Of a stretch of 64,000 bases of DNA, positions 19,918-29,284 are shown in pieces (position 1 is the first letter of the stretch; every line of letters begins with the position of its first letter). The stretch comes from Pseudomonadota bacterium (lineage in GTDB: Bacteria > UBA10199 > 2-02-FULL-44-16 > JAAZCA01): positions 32,001 to 96,000 of the forward strand of contig JAZDOG010000020.1 in NCBI GenBank assembly GCA_043798915.1, in the 5' to 3' direction. Under the pieces are notes generated by a model. That model did no database searches and was not told the DNA's origin. It was given only the letters and a program-made list of their open reading frames with translations. The position numbers were made by a program, and so were the translations under genes.

Positions 19918-20838
19918 ATGAATGAAAAAAATCTAAAATGTCCTGTTTGTAATTCTAAAAATATAATCATCAAATATAGAGAAGGGAAAGAAAAACCAAG
20001 CTTGGAGATAGGGTATGCCCGTGCCGGGGTAATTTCAGAATTATATAAATGCAAAGGATGCGGTGTTAAATTCACAAATGTTTTAATTAATTTTGATAAA
20101 AATATTTATGCTTCTGGCAATGATGTAATTTATAAAAGATCGGAGCGTGCCAGAAAGTTAACATTTAAAAAAGATATTGAAAACCTCTTAAAGAAATTTA
20201 GAGGCGCAAAGGGAGGTATTTTAGACGTCGGCTGCGGACCGGGCTATTTTTTAGAAATTGTTAAAGAAAAAGGATTTAAGGCCGATGGGATTGATCTTTC
20301 AACTGCAGATTGTGCCGAAGCCAATTCAAAAGGATTGAACGTTTATTGCACAGATTTCATGAATTTCTGTGAAAAGAATAAAGACAAAAAATATGATTTA
20401 ATTACAATGTGGGATTTTATAGAACACGTTGAAAATCCTCAAGAGGTAATGGTTAATTGTCATAATATTCTTAATATTGACGGCAAATTAGTAATAAGCA
20501 CGCCTGACGCAGGAAGTTTATTTGCAAAAATAATGGGCAGAAGATGGTGGAATCTTCTGAGCATGCATCTATTATATTTTAATAAAAGAAGCATAAAATA
20601 CCTTCTTGAAAACAATGGATTCAGGGTTTTGGATATTGGATCTTATTCCAGGATTTTAAATATCAAGCATGGTTTAAATTGGTTAAACAGATATCCTGGT
20701 TTGTTTAAAATTGCAGAGTTCTTTATAGCTTTATTGGGAATAGATAAGCTTAATCTGCCTCTTAATTTCTTTGATAGCATGATAGTCTACGCTGAGAAGA
20801 AAGAACCGCTATCCAAGCAAGGCCATCTTGCGCTTTAA
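19918..20838 (+). CDS. Class I SAM methyltransferase with N-terminal Zn ribbon (AT-rich gene)
   Basis: 'CPVC...CKGC', 'LDVGCGPG', 'WDFIEHV', 'STPD', 'HLLYF'. Confidence 0.88.
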   Translation: MNEKNLKCPVCNSKNIIIKYREGKEKPSLEIGYARAGVISELYKCKGCGVKFTNVLINFDKNIYASGNDVIYKRSERARKLTFKKDIENLLKKFRGAKGGILDVGCGPGYFLEIVKEKGFKADGIDLSTADCAEANSKGLNVYCTDFMNFCEKNKDKKYDLITMWDFIEHVENPQEVMVNCHNILNIDGKLVISTPDAGSLFAKIMGRRWWNLLSMHLLYFNKRSIKYLLENNGFRVLDIGSYSRILNIKHGLNWLNRYPGLFKIAEFFIALLGIDKLNLPLNFFDSMIVYAEKKEPLSKQGHLAL

Positions 20839-21948
20839 TATCTTAAGGATCCTCTCGCATGCCCTTCCATCCCCAAAAGGATTCTTGCCGGTCGTTTTCG
20901 GGGGTCTATCCAGCCACTTCATGGCCAATGCAACGATGTCATCTTTTTTCGTTCCGACGATCCGCCCCATGCCGGAGGCTGCGAGCTCCGGGCGTTCAGT
21001 CCTTTTCCTCATCACTATCACGGGCACCCCAAATGACGGCGCCTCTTCCTGTATCCCGCCTGAATCCGTGAGCACGAGAGCGGAACGCGCGAGCAGATAT
21101 AGCAGCGGTTCGTATTCCAATGGTTCTACCAGATAGAGATGTTCGTGGTCAGAGAGTATCTTTCTCACAGTCCCGCGCACATTGGGGTTTGGATGGACGG
21201 GAAATACGCATCTGATGTCACAGCGGCTTTCTAAAAGTGAATGGATGGCATGGCAGATGGATTCCAGTTCCTTTCCAAAGCTCTCCCTCCTGTGGGCAGT
21301 TATGAGCACCAGCTTGCCGAAGGATTTTCCTGTCAGATTCAATTTGTACCTGTCCATGAAAAAATCGGTCCATTTTTTACTTTTCTTGGTGTCTTGAAGG
21401 CGGCGATTAATATATTTCAAGGAATCGACGACTGTATTGCCTGTCACAAATATTCGCTTGGATGAAATGCCCTCGTTCAAAAGGTTCTGCTTCGCGATAC
21501 TTGTCGGCGCGAAGCAGATGTCGGCCAGGCGGTCGATAAGAACTCTATTGATCTCCTCAGGAAATGGGTTGTCGAAATGGAAGGAACGCAGGCCCGCCTC
21601 CACGTGGGCGATTGGGATGCCCTTGTAGGCGGCAGCGATCGCTGTCATCACGGCTGTTGTGGTGTCGCCATGGACGATCACTAAAGAAGGCCTGGTCTTA
21701 TCCAGGAAGGGCCCTAGCTGACCGAGGGCTCGGCTTGAGAATCTGGTCAGATCTTGATCGTCCTCCATTAAGTCGAAATCGATATCAGGTTTGATCTCAA
21801 AGAGGTCGAGCACCTGATCCAGCAGATGACGATGCTGGGACGTGACGCAGACCGTAGTTAGGAATGACCTCTCCCTTTTTAATTTGAGAATCAGAGGGGC
21901 CAGCTTGATGGCCTCAGGCCTTGTGCCAAAGACGAAACATATCTTCAT
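20809..21948 (-). CDS. wecB: UDP-N-acetylglucosamine 2-epimerase (non-hydrolysing)
   Basis: 'GTRPEAIKLAP', 'HGDTTT', 'HVEAGLRS', 'TGNTVVD', 'TDSGGIQEEAP'. Confidence 0.97.
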   Translation of the reverse strand: MKICFVFGTRPEAIKLAPLILKLKRERSFLTTVCVTSQHRHLLDQVLDLFEIKPDIDFDLMEDDQDLTRFSSRALGQLGPFLDKTRPSLVIVHGDTTTAVMTAIAAAYKGIPIAHVEAGLRSFHFDNPFPEEINRVLIDRLADICFAPTSIAKQNLLNEGISSKRIFVTGNTVVDSLKYINRRLQDTKKSKKWTDFFMDRYKLNLTGKSFGKLVLITAHRRESFGKELESICHAIHSLLESRCDIRCVFPVHPNPNVRGTVRKILSDHEHLYLVEPLEYEPLLYLLARSALVLTDSGGIQEEAPSFGVPVIVMRKRTERPELAASGMGRIVGTKKDDIVALAMKWLDRPPKTTGKNPFGDGRACERILKILKRKMALLG

Positions 21949-21980
21949 AGCTCAAAATCTCTTTCTAAAGGCCATCTTCA

Positions 21981-23669
21981 TTATTTATCAAGACGATATA
22001 GTTTAAAATGTGCAGTCTGCACCACAAGAGTCAAATTGAACGTCTGAAAAATCCTCTGATAGTCTGGAGCGAACTCATTATCAAAATAGCCTGAATAACT
22101 TGACAAAAAAAGCGGTTTTTTGTCTTCGAGGAGACCGCGCACAAGCTCATCCGTTGCCAACGGGACAGCCGGGGGAAATATTTTGCCCTTGAAGTAGAAT
22201 TGCAGATCGGCATAGGCCACGTTTGGCGAGACTGCGATAAATGTCACGTTTTTGGAACGTCCCACCTGATGCGTAAATAGTATCGGTTCGAAATCAGAAA
22301 TCAGGAAAGAACCATCCGGCAATTTATTCTTCATAAAGTCCAGATAATCCCGCTTGAGCGTTTCAAATGGCGGATGAGAGTATGAATAGGCGAAGGGAAT
22401 GAAGGTCAGGAGACCGATAAATATTACGGCTGGCGCTTTTTTAAAAAATCGGCCTATCCCTGCTGCCGCAGACAAGATTATGATCGGAGCGACGGGAAGC
22501 ATGTAACACGTGCTTTGTGAGAAGAGAAACACATGCGGCAGGTAATATGCCGCAAAAAAAATGGCAGAAAAAAAGAAAAAAGGTCTATCCCTTCGATAAA
22601 ACTGGACGAGTCCAAAGACAGCAAAGAGCCAGATGATAATTGCGAGAGCTATTTGATCGGGCCGAGCCGATAAAATAGTGGAGGGTTCCGCTCCTGTCGA
22701 GGAAATAAGGTTATATAATATATTTGAACTTGCTCCGTATGCTGGCCTGGAAGCGTAACTCAAGGAAAATGGTCTCTGGATATTGGCCGTGAAATGTGTC
22801 CAGTAAGAATAACCAGTGAGCAACGGCGAACCGAATTCTCTCCATTGATAATAAAAGAGTCCCGCCAATGGAATAATGGCGCCTAGCAAAAGACTTGCGC
22901 TCCTTTTAAGTTTGAATTCCCGCTCGTTCTGCATCAGGAGATAAACAACCGCCGCTGGTACCGCGGCTATGGCGAGATAACGGACGGCCGCCGCGAAACC
23001 AAGCAGGAAACCCGCGATCATCAGCTTTGCTGTGCCGGTCTTTTTATCGGCAAGCAAAAGCAATGCCCCTAAAACAAGAAACAGCGGCGCCATCATGGGC
23101 AATATAATCCGGCTATTGGAGATATGAAGGGGTGAAAACGAAAGGAGCAGAAGAGCCAGCAAGGCAGTTTGCTCATCCGCGATTTTCCGCCCCAAGCGAT
23201 ATATTATGAGGAGCGAAAGAATTCCCAAAAGAAGGGGGCAAAAAACACCCGCCCCAAGATCGCTGCCAAATACGAGGTAAAAAGGCGCAAGCATCATAGA
23301 AAAACCTGGGGCCTTGCTCATCGGGTGATCTGTCTGGTTAATAGGGACGGATAAGGTGCCCGAACTTATAAGCTCTGCCGCAGGAACGGCGTAGTGAACA
23401 CTGTCAAAACTTACCATCTCTTCAAATCCACGGCTAGCGGAAACGACCCTTAATAAAATCGCACTAATCAAAATGACACAATAAAACATCTTATTGATCC
23501 TGATCGAAGAAAATTTAAAGCGATGTTTCAAGAAAAAGAAGACAGTGAAGAGCAAAGCGGCAAGGACCAACCCCTTTTCAAGCAAGCGGAGCTGATAGAC
23601 AGTCCAGGGCAGGAGCTGATGGTCCAGGCTCAGATGTTTTTGAACGAAAAATTCAAGTGGATGCATCAT
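21981..23669 (-). CDS. GT-C (ArnT/PMT_2-like) membrane glycosyltransferase
   Basis: Many TM helices; 'FDSVHY', 'APGFSMML', 'FGSPLLTGY'; soluble C-terminal domain. Confidence 0.72.
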   Translation of the reverse strand: MMHPLEFFVQKHLSLDHQLLPWTVYQLRLLEKGLVLAALLFTVFFFLKHRFKFSSIRINKMFYCVILISAILLRVVSASRGFEEMVSFDSVHYAVPAAELISSGTLSVPINQTDHPMSKAPGFSMMLAPFYLVFGSDLGAGVFCPLLLGILSLLIIYRLGRKIADEQTALLALLLLSFSPLHISNSRIILPMMAPLFLVLGALLLLADKKTGTAKLMIAGFLLGFAAAVRYLAIAAVPAAVVYLLMQNEREFKLKRSASLLLGAIIPLAGLFYYQWREFGSPLLTGYSYWTHFTANIQRPFSLSYASRPAYGASSNILYNLISSTGAEPSTILSARPDQIALAIIIWLFAVFGLVQFYRRDRPFFFFSAIFFAAYYLPHVFLFSQSTCYMLPVAPIIILSAAAGIGRFFKKAPAVIFIGLLTFIPFAYSYSHPPFETLKRDYLDFMKNKLPDGSFLISDFEPILFTHQVGRSKNVTFIAVSPNVAYADLQFYFKGKIFPPAVPLATDELVRGLLEDKKPLFLSSYSGYFDNEFAPDYQRIFQTFNLTLVVQTAHFKLYRLDK

Positions 23670-23765
23670 GTTAAGGGTATCGCTAAAAACCGCATTTGCA
23701 AGGCAAAGTTTCTCCTAAGGAAATCATTGCCAAGGAGCCGCCTTTTAAGTATAAAGCCGTCGCTT

Positions 23766-24761
23766 ATGAAACGCGCCTTAATCACAGGGATAACCGGCCA
23801 GGATGGTTCTTATCTGGCAGAGCTTCTGCTGCAGAAGGGCTATAGTGTGTACGGCGTTGTTCGGCTTTCGCGCACCTATGGTTTTGAAAACATAAAAGGA
23901 ATCCTCGACCGGATCACGCTGCTTGATGCTGACCTGTTGGAGCACACATCGCTGACCGCTCTATTGGAAGATGTTGAGCCTGACGAGGTGTACAACCTGG
24001 GCTCATTGTCCTATGTGCCAACATCATGGAAGATGCCGGTATTGATGGCAGAGATAAATGCCGTTGGCGTCGGTCGCATCCTGGAAGCCATTCGGTGCGT
24101 GAATCCCAAAATAAGATTTTACCAGGCCTCCAGCAGCGAGATGTTTGGGGCTGTCAAGGAAGTTCCGCAAAACGAGGATACGCCGTTCAATCCGGTCAAC
24201 CCCTATGCGGTCGCGAAGGTCTATGGCCATCACATCACACGAATATACCGTGAGGCTTATGGTCTCAATGCCTGCAGTGGCATCCTTTTTAATCACGAAT
24301 CCCCGCGCCGCGGCCTGCAGTTTGTCACCAGAAAAGTAACCAGGGGCGTCGCACAGATCAAACTCGGGCAGGCCAAGGAGATATGCCTGGGGAATTTAGA
24401 AGCCAAGAGGGATTGGGGGTATTCCCCTGATTACGTGGAGGCGATCTGGATGATGCTGCAGCAGCGGAAACCCGACGACTACGTCATCGCAACCGGAAAA
24501 ACGCGCAGCGTCGAAGAACTGCTGGACTGTGCCTTTAGCTATATCCGCCGCCCATGGCGGGAACACGTCAGGATTGATCCAAAGATGAAAAGGCCAGTCG
24601 ATGTAAATCTGCTCGTGGGCGATGCGAGCAAGGCCAAACAGCATTTAAATTGGTCGCCGAAGAAGACTTTTCAAGAGATGATCTGGGAAATGGTAGAGGC
24701 TGACATCAGAGATCTCACCGATAATCGACAGGGTATGTCGCCCATCAGCACGGCCGGGTAA
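23766..24761 (+). CDS. gmd: GDP-mannose 4,6-dehydratase
   Basis: 'MKRALITGITGQDGSYLAELLL', 'FYQASSSEMFG', 'FNHESPRRG', 'KRDWG'; start at ATG 23766. Confidence 0.97.
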   Translation: MKRALITGITGQDGSYLAELLLQKGYSVYGVVRLSRTYGFENIKGILDRITLLDADLLEHTSLTALLEDVEPDEVYNLGSLSYVPTSWKMPVLMAEINAVGVGRILEAIRCVNPKIRFYQASSSEMFGAVKEVPQNEDTPFNPVNPYAVAKVYGHHITRIYREAYGLNACSGILFNHESPRRGLQFVTRKVTRGVAQIKLGQAKEICLGNLEAKRDWGYSPDYVEAIWMMLQQRKPDDYVIATGKTRSVEELLDCAFSYIRRPWREHVRIDPKMKRPVDVNLLVGDASKAKQHLNWSPKKTFQEMIWEMVEADIRDLTDNRQGMSPISTAG

Positions 24762-24771
24762 GGCGCGGCCG

Positions 24772-25902
24772 TCACGACCTGACCTGACAGCCGACTTTTT
24801 CCCGAGATGCCTTCAGGTAGATGGCCTTCAGAGTTTCGCAGTATAATCGATAATCGTATTTTTCTTCGATCAGGCGCCGGGCTTGCGCCCCGATATTGCC
24901 ACAGAGGCGGTTGTCCTCCAGAAGGCCGGCAATGGAACCTGCAAATTTATTAAAATCATCCTCGATTATTATATTCTCCCCATGCACTACATCCAGGCCC
25001 TCGGCGCCCTTGCTGGAAGACACGGTTGCCTTGCCCATGGCCATATATTCGAGAATCTTGAGCCTGCTGCCGGATCCATACCGGAGCGGCGCTATGCAGA
25101 CCCGCGCCTTCTGCACATAGGGGCGCACGTCCTCCACCCGGCCCAGAAATTTCACGTTGGGCGGCGCCGGCATATTCAATGACCCTCCACCCAATATGTG
25201 GAATTCGGCATTTACCCGCGGCGCTATATCCTCGCAGATGATGCGAACTGCGTCGATATTTGGAAAATAGATCAGAGAGCCCATAAACAGGACGATCCTG
25301 CCGTCGTTGGAGCTCGTTTGATATCTGTCTATGTCCAGGCAGTTGGGGATATAGCTGATGCGCCCTTTCAGCTGAGGCAACTTGCCCAGGATGATATCCC
25401 GATCGGCGGTCGAACAAACGATGACATGGGATGATCTGTTCAGCGCTGCAAGTTCATACTTGGTGGCGCGGCTGAGCAGCCATCCCTTCAGCGTTTTTTT
25501 TAAAGGGACCCGTCTGAGGGTGGGTCCTCGGTGCATTTCGTATTCCGCAAGCTTCCAATACACATTGTGTTCATCCAGGACAACCGGCACGCCCGGGAAC
25601 TGGGCCGCAAGAGCAAAGAGGGATGGATGCTCGACTTGGATGATGTCGGGCTGTTCATCGATCCCGATCGGTTTGAAGGAGGTCCGATAGTAACTGGTCA
25701 GCCGTTTGATTCTGGAGGACAACCCCTCGGGAAACAGCCGGTGATGAAATTTAACCCCGGCTATCGCCGGAACATCTGGATCAAAGGTGGAAAGCACAGA
25801 CACCTGCGCTATTTGCGAGCACATCTGTGCCAGACTATGGACCCGCAGCGGGAATCCACCCCCAAAAGGGTTGCAGCTGGTGGTTATGATGAGCACCTTC
25901 AT
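24772..25902 (-). CDS. GT4 glycosyltransferase
   Basis: 'DEHNV', 'FMGSLIYFPN', 'GSGSRLKILEYMAMG'. Confidence 0.9.
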   Translation of the reverse strand: MKVLIITTSCNPFGGGFPLRVHSLAQMCSQIAQVSVLSTFDPDVPAIAGVKFHHRLFPEGLSSRIKRLTSYYRTSFKPIGIDEQPDIIQVEHPSLFALAAQFPGVPVVLDEHNVYWKLAEYEMHRGPTLRRVPLKKTLKGWLLSRATKYELAALNRSSHVIVCSTADRDIILGKLPQLKGRISYIPNCLDIDRYQTSSNDGRIVLFMGSLIYFPNIDAVRIICEDIAPRVNAEFHILGGGSLNMPAPPNVKFLGRVEDVRPYVQKARVCIAPLRYGSGSRLKILEYMAMGKATVSSSKGAEGLDVVHGENIIIEDDFNKFAGSIAGLLEDNRLCGNIGAQARRLIEEKYDYRLYCETLKAIYLKASREKVGCQVRS

Positions 25903-26966
25903 CGTGCGCTTTCTATGACGCGAAACAGGATTTCCTCAAACAAAGACCAATTGTATTTTTTTAGGATCAATTCCTTCGCATTGTCGCCGATGCTCTGACC
26001 CAGGTCAGCGCCGGCGATCAGCGCCCTTATCTTATCGGCAAAGCCGGCTTCGGTATCGGCGACCAGGCAATTTTTGTTGTTTTCAAGTTCCGGGATTCCC
26101 AGCAGGGCAAATGGAGTGACCACCGTGGGTTTTCCATAAGCCATCATCTGCAGGACCTTTTCCAGAATTCCAACGCCGCGCCAGATTGGAGCGATGCATA
26201 TATCCGATGCGCTGATGTATGGCCCCAAGTTGTCCACGAATCCCCTGAAGTCGACGTTGTCTTTGAATGGGATGTCCAGCTTGCCTCTGCCTGCCAGAAT
26301 TATTTTTGCCTCCGGAAAGGAAGGCGCCAGCCTGTCATTGATGAAATTTGCAGCCTCCAGGTTGGGAAAGTAGTTGTAGGAGCCAAGAAAAAGAATTATT
26401 TTTATGTCAACCGGCAGTCCAAGCATGTTGCGCGCCTCGGCCTTGGCGATTGAATTGACATCGTCGAAATCTACGCACGTCGGAATGACTTCGACTGTAT
26501 TTTCATTGAAACCCATCCGGATATAGGCGATCCTGTCGGTCTCCGAGACCGTGATGATCTTCTTTGTTTTTCCAAGGAGGTTTTTTTCGGGAAGGATATT
26601 CCTCAGCCTGAAGAAATAACCCGCGTTCAAATTTCTGCACAGGAGTTCGGGGTTGCCGTGGCTGTCGAATATGAAAGGGCGTCGCAGTTTCTTCGCAATT
26701 ATGCTGCCGATGAGCGCATGCCTGCCCTGACTCGCAAAGACGATGTCCACGTCGTCGAATAAATCGCAATTCAAGAACAGCGCTTTGAACAATTCAGCAA
26801 GGCGTTCGACAATTTTGAATGGGCGGTCGAAAATCGGATGCGGGCTGTGAAGCAGGGTCGAGGGCAGGGCTGTCAGGGAGTGCCTCTTCGAGAGGACCAT
26901 CATGAGGCTTGGAATGCGCGCAATCGTGTTGCGCTCATTCTGCTCTGGAATGAATAATATTTTCAT
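25899..26966 (-). CDS. GT4 glycosyltransferase
   Basis: Start MKILFIPE at 26966; 'FLGSYNYFPN', 'GVGILEKVLQMMAYG'. Confidence 0.88.
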   Translation of the reverse strand: MKILFIPEQNERNTIARIPSLMMVLSKRHSLTALPSTLLHSPHPIFDRPFKIVERLAELFKALFLNCDLFDDVDIVFASQGRHALIGSIIAKKLRRPFIFDSHGNPELLCRNLNAGYFFRLRNILPEKNLLGKTKKIITVSETDRIAYIRMGFNENTVEVIPTCVDFDDVNSIAKAEARNMLGLPVDIKIILFLGSYNYFPNLEAANFINDRLAPSFPEAKIILAGRGKLDIPFKDNVDFRGFVDNLGPYISASDICIAPIWRGVGILEKVLQMMAYGKPTVVTPFALLGIPELENNKNCLVADTEAGFADKIRALIAGADLGQSIGDNAKELILKKYNWSLFEEILFRVIESAR

Positions 26967-26982
26967 TATAAAAGGCGCGCCA

Positions 26983-27297
26983 TTATCGATTGTGCTTGTT
27001 TTGCCAGCTCTTATAAAATGCGCTGCTCTCCTTTGTGATGTCGATATCGAGCAGCGAATGACAAAAGGAAACGATGCCGAGCAGTGCCGCGACAACCCAC
27101 AGAATTGCCTTTGCCCAGCTCCATACGGAAAATTTGTTTCTTATGAATGTGAGGCATAGAAAGGGGATGAAGATGATGGGCAGGATGAACAGATAGGTGA
27201 TTCTGAAATCGGATGGAATCTTGAACCAAAGGAGCAGCCAGGCAAAGATCAACATTGTGTTGACGGATATGTATATTGAATCGCGATTTAATTTCAT
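26983..27297 (-). CDS. Small hypothetical membrane protein (~104 aa, about 3 TM)
   Basis: Hydrophobic ORF filling the gap between manC and the GT4 gene on the same strand. Confidence 0.55.
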   Translation of the reverse strand: MKLNRDSIYISVNTMLIFAWLLLWFKIPSDFRITYLFILPIIFIPFLCLTFIRNKFSVWSWAKAILWVVAALLGIVSFCHSLLDIDITKESSAFYKSWQNKHNR

Positions 27298-27319
27298 AAA
27301 TCTGATTTTTTCCAAGAGT

Positions 27320-28270
27320 TCATCCGCGTTCCTTGGCCCGATTTGATTCCTCGTTGAGACAGTCAATCACTTCCTTCGGAGGGCTTATTTTGCCCGACGC
27401 ATATAATTTTGCAACAATCTCCCATCCGCCCACGTCGGACCAGCCGACGTCGAGCGGGAGCACGATTGCGCGATCGATCTTTTCCATCAGGGCGCGATCG
27501 ATGGAGATGCCGGGCGATTCATTAAAAAAAACGCACAGCGAGTCCTGGTCAACGATGCCATCTTCAATTTTCAGTTTCAGAGCGCAGGAGGCGATGTCAG
27601 GCGCATGTTTTTTTATAAGGCGCATCAGGACATCCGTCCGCCACACGAACATGCCGCTGTTCCAGAAGTAACAGCCTTCGCGGATATACTTCACGGCGGA
27701 TTTACGGTCGGGTTTTTCGACGAAACGATCGACCTCAAATGCCCCGTCCGGCCTTTTTTTGCCGCGCTTTATGTATCCATATTCCTGGGAAGGATGATTC
27801 GGGGTGATGCCAAGGATCAGCGGGGATTTCTCAGAATCAGCCAACGCTATGGCCCTCCTCATGATATCTATGTATTCCCCGTATTCCCCGGTTTTTTCGA
27901 TGAGGTGGTCCGATGGCGCGGCAACCAAAACGGCATCCCGGTCTCGCGAGGCAACGATGGCGCCTGCGAGGGCTATGGCAGGGGCGGTGTTTTTTCTGAA
28001 AGGCTCGCCTATTATATTTGAAGAGGGAATCTGCCGCAGCTGTTCTTTGACCAGGGGTATGTATTCTTTGTTTGTGGAGACAAGGCATCGCTCAGGCGGC
28101 ACCAGCCGGAGCATGCGCTCGCATGTCTCCTGAATCATCGTGCGTTTTGGATGCGTTATGGGGAGGAATTGCTTGGGTTTCCGGGATGTGCTGTAAGGGG
28201 TGAACCTCACGCCTTCGCCACCGGCCAAGATCAAGACATAGGTTCTCTCCGAGACCGGTTTTTTCACCAT
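27320..28270 (-). CDS. manC: Mannose-1-phosphate guanylyltransferase (no isomerase domain)
   Basis: 'LAGGEGVRF', 'PKQFL', 'NTAPAI', 'PSDH', 'FVEKP', 'WNSGMF', 'GWSDVG'. Confidence 0.93.
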   Translation of the reverse strand: MVKKPVSERTYVLILAGGEGVRFTPYSTSRKPKQFLPITHPKRTMIQETCERMLRLVPPERCLVSTNKEYIPLVKEQLRQIPSSNIIGEPFRKNTAPAIALAGAIVASRDRDAVLVAAPSDHLIEKTGEYGEYIDIMRRAIALADSEKSPLILGITPNHPSQEYGYIKRGKKRPDGAFEVDRFVEKPDRKSAVKYIREGCYFWNSGMFVWRTDVLMRLIKKHAPDIASCALKLKIEDGIVDQDSLCVFFNESPGISIDRALMEKIDRAIVLPLDVGWSDVGGWEIVAKLYASGKISPPKEVIDCLNEESNRAKERG

Positions 28271-28399
28271 GGGGAGGGATAGATTTTTGATTGCGCTATG
28301 TCAATGACGCAGTACGGTTCGGATAATGAAAGCCCTTGAATAAATTATGGATATGCTGTATTTATGATATGCTGGATGAGTTGGAAACGGGGACATGCC

Positions 28400-29284
28400 A
28401 TGTACAAAGCCTATTGGTCGCTCAGCATCAAGCCGTTTGAAAACACCCCTGATCCCCAGTTCATGTTCAACTCCGCAAAGCACGAAGAGGCCCGGATGCG
28501 CATGCTGTATGCAGCGCATGAGCGCAAGGAGGGCGCGCTCCTCACGGGCGAGTATGGGAGCGGCAAAACGGTTTTATCCCGGGTGTTGCTCAACACCCTG
28601 GCTCGGGATGAGAAATACAGGACAGTTTTGATCCTGAATCCCAAGGTCTCTCATTCCGAAATGCTCAAGGAGATCCTGTTCCAGCTGGGCGAACCAGCCA
28701 CCGACGGCAGCAGGATGGCCCTGCAGTATCAATTGGGGCGGCGGCTGGAGGGGTTGGCCGATGAGGACAGAAGCGCGGTCATAATCATCGATGAAGCCCA
28801 GGTTATGGATGCCAATGATTTCAATGAGTTAAGACTGCTCTTGAATTTCAAACGAAGCGATCGCTTCCTCTTTACGCTCCTTTTGGTCGGTCAGACCGAT
28901 CTCAAGGAGAAGATACTGTCGATAGAGCCTCTGAAGCAGAGGCTGGCCATGCGGTACCACCTGAGCGCCCTGGATGAGGCGGAGACGGCGGGATATATAG
29001 AGCACAGGTTGGGCATCGCAGGCAGAAGAAAGCTGACCTTCAGTCAAGAGGCTTCAAAGCTGGTATATCAGGGCTCCGAAGGGATACCGCGCAGGATCAA
29101 CAACATTTGCGACTATTGCCTGTTGATCGGTTTTGGAAGAAAGGCGAGCCAGATAAGCGCGGGCATCGTTGAGGATGCCCTGAAAGACCTCGAAGAGAAT
29201 GTCTGCGAAAAGAAGGAAGAGAGGGGCAAATGGTCAGGATTGCTGAAATCGTGCGCGAAGAGATTGGTGCCGACGAGACTCTGA
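28400..29284 (+). CDS. ExeA/GspA-like AAA ATPase (type associated with EPS/PEP-CTERM loci)
   Basis: 'MYKAYWSLSIKPFENTPDP', Walker A 'GEYGSGKT', 'IIDEAQ', 'LVGQ', 'GIPRRIN'. Confidence 0.9.
   Translation: MYKAYWSLSIKPFENTPDPQFMFNSAKHEEARMRMLYAAHERKEGALLTGEYGSGKTVLSRVLLNTLARDEKYRTVLILNPKVSHSEMLKEILFQLGEPATDGSRMALQYQLGRRLEGLADEDRSAVIIIDEAQVMDANDFNELRLLLNFKRSDRFLFTLLLVGQTDLKEKILSIEPLKQRLAMRYHLSALDEAETAGYIEHRLGIAGRRKLTFSQEASKLVYQGSEGIPRRINNICDYCLLIGFGRKASQISAGIVEDALKDLEENVCEKKEERGKWSGLLKSCAKRLVPTRL

Noticed and set aside
23523..23765. N-terminal extensions given in the ORF track (gmd; likewise 8758, 16691, 17611, 34364, 38862, 56726, 62953)
   Set aside because: They overlap neighbouring genes or promoter regions; downstream starts match family N-termini and, where visible, SD sites.
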